Of a stretch of DNA of 64,000 nt, positions 9,039 through 19,040 are shown one piece after another. How positions within the stretch are numbered: position 1 is the stretch's first letter; every line of letters begins with the position of its first letter. Location of the stretch: NCBI GenBank assembly GCA_016721765.1, contig JADKHO010000002.1, positions 927,141 to 991,140 on the forward strand. The letters are read 5' to 3'. Both the position numbers and the translations under genes were made by a program. The notes below the pieces were generated by a model that made no database searches, had not been told where the DNA came from, and worked only from the letters and a program-made list of their open reading frames with translations. Source of the DNA: Bacteroidota bacterium (GTDB taxonomy: Bacteria; Bacteroidota; Bacteroidia; UBA4408).

Positions 9039-10646
9039 CTATTCGTTTTTTTCTACTTTATTTTCAACTGCATTAAATGTATAGGTCGGAAGGTTAAAAT
9101 TAGCGGGACCATTGATAACCTTTCCATCACAGGTAAAGCGACTTCCATGGCAGGGGCAATCCCAACTGCGTTCATCGGCATTCCACACCACACTGCATTT
9201 TAAGTGTGTGCATTGCGCGGAGACAATACTTAGCTTTCCGAAATCGTCGCGAAAAACGCCGAATTTTTCTTCGAGCATATCCACAATTTTTCCTTCACCA
9301 TTTTTTATTGACGACAATTCACTTGCATCCTTAAAATTGGGTAGTTGCTTTAAAAATGAAATCGTTTCGTTAATAAATTGTTTCACTGCCGGACCACTTT
9401 CTTTTACCGTAAAACGTGATGGGCTGTAGAGTTCCTTCCATTTATTTTCTTTACCGTGAATCAAATCGCTGATCAGTAAACCGGCAAAAGAGCAATGCGT
9501 CATTCCATTTCCTGAATCGCCTGTTACGATATACACATTCTCTTTGTCGTGAGGGTTGTGCCCGATAAAGGCAAGGCCATCCATAGGTTCCAATACTTGG
9601 CCCGACCATTTGTATACGATATCTTCAATCGGAAAATTTTGTCGCGTCCATGCTTCCACCAAGTCATAACGGTCTTCTTCTCGAACATCGGTTTTTCCGG
9701 TATCTCCAATCGGATGGTCTTCGCCACCACTGATGAGTAAGTCATAATTTTCGTTATACACTTGCACACGCACATAATGATACGGAGGAACTTTGCGGTT
9801 GGCAGTAAAATCGCCACTATCCCACCACAGTGCTTTTGGTAATAAATTTTTTTTCACCAATGCTGCAATCACATACGTGCGGAAAGCATATTGCCTTTCG
9901 ATAAGCATAAACAAATTATTTACAGGACTATTGGTGGCCACTACAATATGCTTTGCACTTATTTTAAAACCTTCGCTACTGGTAATTCCTTCCTGATTAA
10001 TTTCAGCTGCATGAGTTCCTGTAAAAATTTTACCACCCTTTTGTTCAATTGCTTTTTTCAATCCTTGCAAATATTTCATAGGATGAAATTGCGCTTGATT
10101 CATAAAACGTAATCCGTCGATTTTATCAAGTAATCCGGGCACTTCTGCTATTGCTTCAATTTCAACACCGGCTGTTAAGGCTGCCTTCAATTCATTTTCC
10201 AGCGCATCCGCTTTATCAGAAGGATGTTTAAAAAGATATCCACTAACACGTTCAAATTCGCAATCGATGTTTTCCGCTTTAACCGTTGCTTCCACAAAGT
10301 CAATTGCGGTTTGGTGACTAGATGCTATGAGTTTTGTTTTATCGGCACCAAAAACTTTTTCTAAATGATAATAGCGATCATCCAAAGCAGTAACCAAATG
10401 CGCGGTAGTTCTTCCTGTTTCGCCACTTCCAATGGCGCCATCTTCCACCACAATTACTTTTTTTCCCGACTGCATCAGGCAATACGCCACACTCATTCCG
10501 GCCAAACCGGCACCCACAATTACCACATCTGTTTCGAGATTTTCTTTTAAAGGATTTAATGCCGGATTAGGAACAGAATCCGTCCAAAAACTAATATTTT
10601 TCCCGGAAGTAAGTTCAGGATCTTGGGGATTATCATTTGCATGCAT
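9039..10646 (-). CDS. FAD-dependent oxidoreductase fused to C-terminal Rieske [2Fe-2S] domain
   Basis: The N-terminus has a GxGxxG dinucleotide fold (VVIVGAGLAGMSVA). The C-terminus has CTHLKC...CPCHGSRF, which is the Rieske CxH...CxxH motif. Confidence 0.75.
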   Translation of the reverse strand: MHANDNPQDPELTSGKNISFWTDSVPNPALNPLKENLETDVVIVGAGLAGMSVAYCLMQSGKKVIVVEDGAIGSGETGRTTAHLVTALDDRYYHLEKVFGADKTKLIASSHQTAIDFVEATVKAENIDCEFERVSGYLFKHPSDKADALENELKAALTAGVEIEAIAEVPGLLDKIDGLRFMNQAQFHPMKYLQGLKKAIEQKGGKIFTGTHAAEINQEGITSSEGFKISAKHIVVATNSPVNNLFMLIERQYAFRTYVIAALVKKNLLPKALWWDSGDFTANRKVPPYHYVRVQVYNENYDLLISGGEDHPIGDTGKTDVREEDRYDLVEAWTRQNFPIEDIVYKWSGQVLEPMDGLAFIGHNPHDKENVYIVTGDSGNGMTHCSFAGLLISDLIHGKENKWKELYSPSRFTVKESGPAVKQFINETISFLKQLPNFKDASELSSIKNGEGKIVDMLEEKFGVFRDDFGKLSIVSAQCTHLKCSVVWNADERSWDCPCHGSRFTCDGKVINGPANFNLPTYTFNAVENKVEKNE

Positions 10647-10868
10647 GATTTAATTTTTAGATAGGATTTCAGCATGCAATTTCCTATTCTTAATCACAAA
10701 GTACTTATATAATTCTTTGGAATGCTTATATAATTTAGGGAAGAGTTATTGAATTATTGTAATGCACAAGTTGGTAGACTTTCGCGAGAAGGGGTAGCCC
10801 CACATATATTCTCAATTATTCTAAACTAAGCCCACATTAGTTAATCTATACATCAACTAATTATCTTA

Positions 10869-12521
10869 TCATTCAAAAACAATCTTACCACTATAACTTT
10901 TTGTCCCATTGCTTAGTACCGCATTATATAAGCCCTTGGCTTCCGCTTCCAAACTAAGTTTTACTTTGCCATCGCTCATTTCTAAGTTCTTCTGTTGGAT
11001 GAGTTTGCCTAAGCTGTTGTAAATGCTCAGCACAAGAATTCTCTCGTGCAAAAATTCATTGGGCACTGAAATGTTGCACTTGCCTTCATTGGGGTTGGCG
11101 TGGATAAACAGTTGATTTCTTGAATTAGATTTTTCTAATTCCTTTGTATCTAAAGTTAAATCATATTTACCTATGAAAACATCATCATAGCCAGTGCTTG
11201 ATAATAGGAATAAGTCTAAAGAAATTGCTTGGTAAAAACTTCCTGAAATATATATATTATTTGATATATCTAATGTCATTTTAGCCAAACTATTAATAGC
11301 TATAAGCCTAGCTGATAGGCTATTACCACTATCATTGAGTGTATGAATAAAATGCTCACCATTTCCCGAACTAGTTAAAGAAAATGTATCAAAACTAGCA
11401 TTGCCATCAAGATAGCCCATTTGATAAATTGTCCCATCAGAACCAAGCGAAAGTTGCAATCCATCCATTCCATTTGAGGCATTTCCTTGTTTGCACCATT
11501 TCCAGATTCCCATTGAATCGGCTTTACAAATAAACATATCAGCCAAATTAGAATTAAATAATTGGAAATTCCCAAAATCCAAATTTGATTGAAAGTCACC
11601 AGTTATATAAACATTATCATTCAAATCACAGCATAAATCAAAAGCACCAGCATAAAAATTGCTCTATACTAATTTATGCCATTTTAGTGAACCAAGTGTA
11701 TCAAAACATGCCAAAATAAAGTTATGTGCAGTGGATGAAGTAATTTGGGTTGTATCAATTTTTATGGAATTACTGCTTACACTAAAAATTGAATAAATAT
11801 TATCATCCTTTCTTACTGTTTTAAATTCTAAAGTTTTTGATGATATTTTTTTACTAAATACAATATTTCCATTAATATCGAATAAAGCGAAAAAATTCCC
11901 AGGTAAAAGTATATTGGGACCAACCTGCATTGTATCAGATGTATAACCATAAATAATCTGATTTCCATGTATATCAGAATCGATTGAAATAAAACTTGAG
12001 AATGCATATGGAAATTGTTTTGCCCAAATGAAATTTCCATTCAAATCCATTTTAGTATAAAAACTCACTCCATAACCTGACAAAGTTGTGCTCCCGAATG
12101 CTGCAAAGCCATATATATTTCCGGTTAAATATATACATTGATTGAACGGATCAAAGCTTAAACTTCCAGATGATTCATAAATATTAGAGTTTCCAATAAT
12201 ATTGTTACCGCCTATACTTTTTGCCCAAAGTACATCTCCGGTGGAGGAATACTTCGCAATATAAATTTGATTATCTCCAACTGGAAGTAAGGTAATTGTA
12301 TCAAAACTTATGCTTGAGGCTGGAGTATTCATAAAAATAAAGCTATAAGTTCCAGTAACATAAACATTGCCGCTAAAGTCAGTACAAATATTGGAAATTT
12401 TATCAGATGAGCTGCCTCCGGCTTGTTTAGCCCATTGCCAATTTTGCGCATAAATTTCTATCGTATTTAAAAAAACACAAAATAGAATTATGCCATTTAT
12501 ATTTTTATAGATATTTTTCAT
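10869..12521 (-). pseudogene. SBBP (beta-propeller) repeat T9SS-secreted protein interrupted by a single in-frame TAG (at 11664-11666)
   Basis: ORFs 11664..12521 and 10869..11624 are in the same frame and are separated only by one TAG. The upstream part has a signal peptide and SBBP repeats. The downstream part continues the repeats (starting from a TTG pseudo-start) and ends with a T9SS CTD. The read-through peptide is a continuous ...WHKLV*SNFYAGAFDLCCDLNDNVYITGDF. Confidence 0.55.
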
Positions 12522-12617
12522 GTGAAAATATTTATTTTAACACCCCAGTCCCCACGAAGTTTTGCTTCGTGCGTTTTCTAATCTGTAGAGCTTTGCTCGG
12601 GTTAGAAATTCTCTACT

Positions 12618-12845
12618 TTAATTGTATTTTAATATTGCTTCAACAGACAAATCTTCATCAATCAGCGGCCAATGAATTCCATAACCGGAAGGGGAGACTT
12701 TATAAAAATTACGTTGCATATCACCGGTTGCCATAAGTCTTGGAGATAACATATCAAGACTTATTGTAATAATCTTTCCATCTATTTTGAGGATGAGAGC
12801 GTTGCTTGAAAAGCTCACTACTTGAATACTGCGTTTAACTATCAT
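12618..12845 (-). CDS. DUF2442 family small protein
   Basis: The protein is 75 aa and its C-terminus IHWPLIDEDLSVEAIL matches the DUF2442 signature. Confidence 0.4.
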   Translation of the reverse strand: MIVKRSIQVVSFSSNALILKIDGKIITISLDMLSPRLMATGDMQRNFYKVSPSGYGIHWPLIDEDLSVEAILKYN

Positions 12846-12940
12846 GATTTATTTATTAAAGTAGATATTCCAAGCAGGCTTCTATCACAAATATAAAGAT
12901 TCTTGAAAAACTCTTAATTAGCTATAAACTAAGCACAAAA

Positions 12941-12980
12941 AGAAAAGCCTTGCAAGAGTGAATCTTACAAGGCTTTTTTC
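12941..12980 (+). terminator. Hairpin AGCCTTG(n15)CAAGGCT + T6 immediately left of the att repeat
   Basis: A 7-bp stem is followed by TTTTTT, and it abuts the attL copy. Confidence 0.4.
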
Positions 12981-12995
12981 GAGCGGTCCGGACGG
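12976..12995. repeat. attL: 20-bp direct repeat TTTTCGAGCGGTCCGGACGG (duplicated 3' end of tRNA-Asp + 8 nt flank)
   Basis: It is identical to 43544..43563. The last 12 nt equal the 3' acceptor/T-stem end of the tRNA-Asp gene at 43552..43625. Confidence 0.75.
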
Positions 12996-13234
12996 CTTGA
13001 TATTCAGCACTTTAGCTACCTTTTTGCTTCTTTAATGCTTCCTGAATTGCCTGATTCTAAAGGCTTTCTATTTTTTATACCCAAATGGGTTACATACGCT
13101 TTTTAGATTTTTCGTAATCCCACACGTAATCCGTTTTTTGGCTCCTGAGTTAATAAATATACTTGGCAAAGCCTATGTTCTATGGTACCTTAGCTAATGA
13201 AGCGTCAAAGTTAGCGCCTTAAAAATCAAAGATA

Positions 13235-14608
13235 ATGAATATTAATTTCCATCCAAGAAACCTTACAAAAAAAACACCTCAGCGTATTTGGGCTATATTT
13301 TATGCCGAAAAAAACAGAATCGCAATTGACACTAATCTGTTTGTTTCACCCAAAGATTGGAGCAGAAAAAAGAAGTGTTATTTAAGCACAAATGCCAACT
13401 CCGAAAAGCTTAATAAAATTCTTAAAGAGCAAAAAAAGCAAATTGAAATTTATGCAGAGGAATTGCTCAGTCACTTGATGAAAAACAAAAAGCGTTTTTA
13501 CAAAGATGAATTTGAAAAAGAGTTGAAGGAAAAATTCGACTACTACTTCAAGTTTGGTGAAAATAAGCCGGAAGAAAAAGGTGAAGTATATGACTTCATC
13601 AGCTTTATTGATAAATACATTTCCAATCGAATGGAACTATGTGAAGGCACACATCAAACACTTCGTGGCGCGAGGAAAAATATTGTTTTGGCATTCAATC
13701 TTGCGCCAGCTAAACTGGTAAAAAAATGGAAAGCAATGAACAATTTTGAGCGAAAATTAAACCCTGATTTCTTGGAAGCTGAAAAACAACTTGACTTTTC
13801 TGAAATTAACAAATCATGGATGATGGCTTATAATACTTGGTTGATAAATGCTAATTATAGAGATAAGAACAAAGAGACCGGAATCATGGAGAATATGCCC
13901 TATTCGAAAAATTACATTGCGAAGGAAATAAAAATTGCAAAGCAATTTGCGAATGCAGCTGCCGATGAAGGGTACATAAGTAATTTAAGTTATAGAAGTG
14001 TAAAAGCGCAATGGGAAGAAGCAGATACAATTGCCCTATCATGGCAAGAAATTGCAAAACTTAAAGCATTAGAACTTGACCCGAATACTACAGAAGGTAA
14101 GGTAAGAAACCTATTTGTTTTTAATTGCTATTGCGGCTTACGATGGAGTGATTTAGTGCGCCTCGACAATAGCCGATTCTCAAGAGAAGGCAATCAACTG
14201 TTTCTAAGCATTCGCATGAAAAAGACAGATACATCCATTGGATTTCCAATTCTACCGGCTGCCGAAGAAATAATGAGAATTTATAATTACCGACTACCCA
14301 ACGTTTGTGTGCAAATATTTTGCGAAAAGATTAAAAAAATCTGTTTGAAAGCCGGTATCACAGAATTGGAAACCAAGCGTGAAACAAGAGGTGGAAGGAA
14401 ATTAATCTTCTCCATTCCCCGCTATAAAATGGTAAGCAGTCATACTGGAAGAAGAACATTTGCCACCAATTTTGAAGCAATGGGAGTAGCCTTAAATGAA
14501 TTGATGGCAATTACAGGACATACAACCGAAAAGGCATTTCGAAAATATGTAAAGAAAAGAGTGGAAACCAAATTTGCAAGTTTCTTAGCTGCGGGTGCAA
14601 CTGTATAA
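13235..14608 (+). CDS. Tyrosine-type site-specific integrase (Bacteroidota Arm-DNA-binding N-domain + SAM-like + catalytic domain)
   Basis: The C-terminal catalytic motifs are HTGRRTFAT...H..EKAFRKYV (R, H-x-x-R and the Tyr nucleophile region). The N-terminus resembles the Bacteroidota integrase arm-binding domain. Confidence 0.85.
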   Translation: MNINFHPRNLTKKTPQRIWAIFYAEKNRIAIDTNLFVSPKDWSRKKKCYLSTNANSEKLNKILKEQKKQIEIYAEELLSHLMKNKKRFYKDEFEKELKEKFDYYFKFGENKPEEKGEVYDFISFIDKYISNRMELCEGTHQTLRGARKNIVLAFNLAPAKLVKKWKAMNNFERKLNPDFLEAEKQLDFSEINKSWMMAYNTWLINANYRDKNKETGIMENMPYSKNYIAKEIKIAKQFANAAADEGYISNLSYRSVKAQWEEADTIALSWQEIAKLKALELDPNTTEGKVRNLFVFNCYCGLRWSDLVRLDNSRFSREGNQLFLSIRMKKTDTSIGFPILPAAEEIMRIYNYRLPNVCVQIFCEKIKKICLKAGITELETKRETRGGRKLIFSIPRYKMVSSHTGRRTFATNFEAMGVALNELMAITGHTTEKAFRKYVKKRVETKFASFLAAGATV

Positions 14609-14652
14609 CTAACTCAAATCAACAAAAAATCAACTAAACAATTACCATAACC

Positions 14653-15276
14653 ATGAATACAATTAAAACAATAACGCTCATTTGTAAATGCTGCGATCGA
14701 GAATTTATTCCAACCCGAATGGATGCAAAATTCTGTTCCGGTGCTTGCAAACAAAAAGCTTACAACCGAAGAGTGAAACAAAACATTTTAAAATACGGGA
14801 ATAATTGTTCAGCCCCAGAAAGGCAGCGGATTGACAGAATAAATGCCATTGAAATAAGGTTAGAACAGAAACTAAAGGAAAGTAGCATAGCCCCTACCCC
14901 AGCCACCGAAGATATTTCAAAATCAATGGAAGCGTTTTTCGCTAAAATGAAGCAGGATGATGAAAACAGAAAAGTCAAAGACGCCAATCAGCGCTTGAAA
15001 GAATGCCTGAATGAAATTTTGGAATATTCGCAACAAGAAGAAATTTCTCGATGGAGACTTATTTCACTTTGTAATTCCGTTGAAAGAAAGCTCGGAACAA
15101 GAATTTTTTCGTTGCCTATTGGATACAAATACACCTGCTTTATTAATGATACCTTATTACCAAAGGTAATGAATTTAAGGGATGTACTTAATAATTCAAA
15201 CGAGCGATATGTAAAAATGGAATTACACGAATTTCTTGAAAAACAAATTATAGAAATATTGAGCCAATTGGGATAA
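14653..15276 (+). CDS. Hypothetical protein with N-terminal zinc-ribbon (CKCCD...CSGAC)
   Basis: Four Cys are arranged CxxC...CxxxC within the first 35 aa and the rest is helical and charged. It lies immediately downstream of the integrase. Confidence 0.35.
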   Translation: MNTIKTITLICKCCDREFIPTRMDAKFCSGACKQKAYNRRVKQNILKYGNNCSAPERQRIDRINAIEIRLEQKLKESSIAPTPATEDISKSMEAFFAKMKQDDENRKVKDANQRLKECLNEILEYSQQEEISRWRLISLCNSVERKLGTRIFSLPIGYKYTCFINDTLLPKVMNLRDVLNNSNERYVKMELHEFLEKQIIEILSQLG

Positions 15277-15420
15277 TGCAGATTTAGAATTCTTTTGATT
15301 TATTAAAGTTTTTACCAACTAATTCAATAATTGAGAGTGATCAAATAGGGTTTGTTTTAGCGGAATTCCCAATCTTGTCAAAAAAACTATTATTGAAATT
15401 TATAAACATTTTGGGGGTTA

Positions 15421-15948
15421 TCAATAGACCAAAAAATAACTAAGGCCTACAAATTTTCCGTTAGTAATAATAACTGTATCGTGTATGGTAGGCTCTACTA
15501 AAGTACCTGAAAATGTTCCACTCACTTTATGGCTTATGCTGTCATTGGCAGTTATCTGTACTGAAGCTGCAAAAGCTACGTAATTATCATAGTAAACACC
15601 TGCTACCGTGCGCGACAATTCAACGGATGCTGTTGGATAACTCATTTGTGTTGCTGGTAGACTTAAATTTATTCCCGGAAAAGTAAAACCAAATCCAACG
15701 AAGTTTGAATCAATTATTCCCCCACAAACTAAAATTTTGAAATTTGATAAAGTATCAATGTAAAATGGATTGTTATCGGCTGAATCAGTATTAAAAAGCG
15801 TCCCATTTAAATTGCAGGAAAATTTTTTTAATGCTGCTGTGCTTGGTGGAATTTTAGCATCTTCCGATGAAGCAGGATTTTGTTCGTCTTTTTTGCATGC
15901 GCAAAATATCAGAATAAAAGAAATTATAATTATTTTTGTTATTTGCAT
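15421..15948 (-). CDS. Hypothetical lipoprotein
   Basis: It has a signal peptide with a lipobox-like Cys (ILIFCAC). Confidence 0.35.
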   Translation of the reverse strand: MQITKIIIISFILIFCACKKDEQNPASSEDAKIPPSTAALKKFSCNLNGTLFNTDSADNNPFYIDTLSNFKILVCGGIIDSNFVGFGFTFPGINLSLPATQMSYPTASVELSRTVAGVYYDNYVAFAASVQITANDSISHKVSGTFSGTLVEPTIHDTVIITNGKFVGLSYFLVY

Positions 15949-15952
15949 CTTA

Positions 15953-16519
15953 TTAATTTATAAAAATCGAGTTAAAGAAATTATTTTTTAAAATACTCAA
16001 ATCGGTTTCTCTTCGTTTTAAACCTATTAAAATAAAAGTATAAATGTCATGTCCGTTGTAGTAAATTCTTGTATGAAGTTCCTTTTCTGTTTGGTCTTCC
16101 TCATCAATATATGCCACACCAATTTCAGCACATTTTAAGTTTGTATCAGCTTGTTCAATAAGGTTGAAATAAAGTTCTGTTGTGCTATCGTGTAAGCTTT
16201 GGAACATAATACGATTCAAATAAAGTGGGTCGGCTAATGAATCGTTAGCTTGCATATAGTTTGAGTCATCTGTCGAAATGCCTTGATTCATAGACGCTCT
16301 AAAGGATGAATCAGATTTTACAAACTGAATAAAATACTGAGTACTATCAACATCTGATTCAGCAACGAATAATAATAACCCTAAAGTGTCGAGTTCTTTA
16401 GATGGAGGAATTGAAATGTCAAATCCAAATACAGGATTAGTATTTCGAATTTGAAAAGTAGATTGAGGAAACGATGATTCGCAAATAAGTAGTGCAACAA
16501 AAAGGAAATATTTTTTCAT
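15953..16519 (-). CDS. Hypothetical secreted protein
   Basis: It has a signal peptide (MKKYFLFVALLICESSF). It lies 4 nt from the downstream gene start and 1 nt from the upstream gene stop, so it sits in an operon. Confidence 0.35.
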   Translation of the reverse strand: MKKYFLFVALLICESSFPQSTFQIRNTNPVFGFDISIPPSKELDTLGLLLFVAESDVDSTQYFIQFVKSDSSFRASMNQGISTDDSNYMQANDSLADPLYLNRIMFQSLHDSTTELYFNLIEQADTNLKCAEIGVAYIDEEDQTEKELHTRIYYNGHDIYTFILIGLKRRETDLSILKNNFFNSIFIN

Positions 16520-16520
16520 T

Positions 16521-18512
16521 TTATTTAGACTTAATAAGTTTTAATGATTTGGTTTTCCCATTAATCTCAACTGTTACAAGGTAGAAGCCCTTGTCTAGTG
16601 CCTCTGTTGAAAAACTCAAAAGTGAATTTGATTCACTCACCAAGCCAGAGGAAAGTATCTTAATTAATTTTCCTTCAATCGACCTAAGTTCAATGGTAGC
16701 CCAACAAGGCATTTCAATAGAAAGATTTAAATTTATGTTTTCATTAAATGGTACTGGAAAGGCTGTAGCTTCAAAATTAATATTTACATTCTTTTGCTGC
16801 TTTAAATTTGACAAAACCGAATTTGAAATGGATTTTGCCGAAAGTTTTCTTTCAAAAACATCACCGTCATCAACACATTCTACATCATCAATGTGGGCAT
16901 AAAAATTTGCTTGTGCATCAACGGTAAAATTCGTAGTTAAATCAATGCTTTTTCCCGCTCTATATTCAACATCTCCAGAATTTGAAATATGGTTGCTTGC
17001 AGTTATTGTATTATGACTTATGATATCAGCTGGGTCACTTGAACTCCCATAATTTGATAAAGTTGGAAAATCAGTTATCATGGTATTATTGTATAAATCG
17101 TAAAAATACTTCTTTGTTGGCTCATTCTTAGTTAGGCATACTAAATTATACAATACCATATAATCTAATCCATGATACTCTCCAGGAAAATCAGGGTCAC
17201 ATTCACCTCTTCTTTCAGGTTCAACTAATAAAGTTGATGAAGACCAATTGTAACTTTGGTATAATACAGTATTACAATCTTCACTAAAGTTATAAGGACC
17301 ATAACACGGAGCTTCATCCAATAAATTTCGGTAATATGGATTACCATGCCAATCCGCTATTCCGTATAAATACTGATTAAGAAGTGGTAGGTCTACTCTT
17401 GGATGCTTATGGCTTAAATCTGTACTATAAAGGTTTATTTTAGCTCCAAATGGAAGGACATGATTATTATTTACATAATAAGGTCCTGAAAATGTCAAAC
17501 ACTCTAAAAATTTCAGCCCTTGACTTGACCAGAATACAAAGGGCGCACCAACCATATATTTATAAACCTTTTCTAGTTTTTTCCAAGCTTGATCAGCGGT
17601 TTTAATAATCTTGGTAGGATTATTATGGTTCGCGAAATTTAGATTGGCAAACGAAAGTGCGGGAGCTTGTAAATACGCACTTGCTGTACCGTTAAGGGTA
17701 GGCGTGCCAGTTGGATCATATATACGCCAATTCCATGGTGTATTAACTAATGTACCAGAATGGTGGATATAATCAATTATTCGTTTCATTATTTCTTTTG
17801 CTTCATTAGAAAAACTATATGGACCATCCATAAAATTTAAACTCGGGCTAACAGAAGAGGGCATTTTATTTATTAATACATTTAATGCCATATATAAATG
17901 AAGTACTTGATCAATACTCATTTCAAATTCAGGAAGCATATGCTCCTTGGATGCTATCCACATAGCACCTAAATTATCAATACGAGAATTTTGTGATTTA
18001 TTATTCAAATGATCTATAACCGATTGATATGATGTATTATTTTTTTGGTGAAGCGCATCATCCCAACAATTAAAACACAAATCCTCCCTCATTAAAAATC
18101 CATTCAAAGATGTAGTAAATCCCCACCATGACTCGCAATAATGATCGAGTCTATTTATTGCCTCAACAGCGTAATATAATTCATTTAATGTAGCATCAGT
18201 ATTTTGACCGTTTTGTGTTAATAAATCATATTCTGTAACTAAAGCTATTATATAGTAAGATAATGTTATAGTTCCATCAGCACCTTCTTCCCATGTGCCT
18301 CCTGGAGTAGGATGGAAATCTGTTCTAAAACTTGCCGGTATGCTCTCGCCATGTCCAGCGCCAATATCAAGCATAAATTTTGTCCTAAGCCTCTCTCTGT
18401 AATACCAGTATTTTAATTGCCTTTGCTGGTCATCGGATATTTGTGCAACTGCAAAGTGTTGCAAAAACAAGAAAAAAATAAAAATCAATAATAAATTTCG
18501 TTTCATATTCAT
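16521..18512 (-). CDS. Hypothetical secreted protein with T9SS C-terminal sorting domain
   Basis: It has a signal peptide. The C-terminal ~80 aa (ATIELRSIEGKLIKIL...GFYLVTVEINGKTKSLKLIK) is a T9SS type-A CTD. Confidence 0.5.
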   Translation of the reverse strand: MNMKRNLLLIFIFFLFLQHFAVAQISDDQQRQLKYWYYRERLRTKFMLDIGAGHGESIPASFRTDFHPTPGGTWEEGADGTITLSYYIIALVTEYDLLTQNGQNTDATLNELYYAVEAINRLDHYCESWWGFTTSLNGFLMREDLCFNCWDDALHQKNNTSYQSVIDHLNNKSQNSRIDNLGAMWIASKEHMLPEFEMSIDQVLHLYMALNVLINKMPSSVSPSLNFMDGPYSFSNEAKEIMKRIIDYIHHSGTLVNTPWNWRIYDPTGTPTLNGTASAYLQAPALSFANLNFANHNNPTKIIKTADQAWKKLEKVYKYMVGAPFVFWSSQGLKFLECLTFSGPYYVNNNHVLPFGAKINLYSTDLSHKHPRVDLPLLNQYLYGIADWHGNPYYRNLLDEAPCYGPYNFSEDCNTVLYQSYNWSSSTLLVEPERRGECDPDFPGEYHGLDYMVLYNLVCLTKNEPTKKYFYDLYNNTMITDFPTLSNYGSSSDPADIISHNTITASNHISNSGDVEYRAGKSIDLTTNFTVDAQANFYAHIDDVECVDDGDVFERKLSAKSISNSVLSNLKQQKNVNINFEATAFPVPFNENINLNLSIEMPCWATIELRSIEGKLIKILSSGLVSESNSLLSFSTEALDKGFYLVTVEINGKTKSLKLIKSK

Positions 18513-19039
18513 TAACTTTTAAAATGTATCCAAATATATTTTCCATTATAAGTTAGTTCAAGCCAAAGTTCACTTTTAGTTAGTCGCTTAATTCTATATT
18601 CAACATAATCATCCGTAAAAAATGGCCCAACTTCCTTATACTTTAAGTTTACAATGTCTGAAGTTCGAATAATATTCATAATTAAATATTTTCCATTTTC
18701 GCTCAGCTTATAAGAACCTGGCAGATGAGAATAATAGATAGACCCTGTAATATTAACTCGCACATCAATTGGTGCGTAATTAAAACAAGTTCCATCACTT
18801 GGCTCAATAAATTTTGCTCTAAATTTATTATCAATTATGCCTAAAGCTTTATAAACCGCCTCTGTAGAATCAATGCCATCAATATAGATATAAGAAAGCG
18901 TCCATGTCCTTTCTAGCCTTTTACATTTAGAAGTAAAACTAATTAAGGGACCTTCTTCATATTTTCTTTTACAGGATGCCAATACTGCAAATGCCATTCC
19001 TAGAAGAAAAAAAAATTTAATTCTAACTTTAAAATTCAT
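18512..19039 (-). CDS. Hypothetical lipoprotein
   Basis: It has a signal peptide plus a lipobox (VLASC). Confidence 0.35.
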   Translation of the reverse strand: MNFKVRIKFFFLLGMAFAVLASCKRKYEEGPLISFTSKCKRLERTWTLSYIYIDGIDSTEAVYKALGIIDNKFRAKFIEPSDGTCFNYAPIDVRVNITGSIYYSHLPGSYKLSENGKYLIMNIIRTSDIVNLKYKEVGPFFTDDYVEYRIKRLTKSELWLELTYNGKYIWIHFKS

Positions 19040-19040
19040 G

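Noticed and set aside
11622-11624. Independent translational start for the downstream SBBP fragment
   Set aside because: The codon is TTG and the preceding 13 in-frame codons continue the repeat sequence. The fragment has no signal peptide, so it is not a separate gene.
12984-12995. A second tRNA-Asp gene at the left island border
   Set aside because: Only the last 12 nt of the tRNA (plus 8 nt of flank) are present. It is the att duplication, not a gene.
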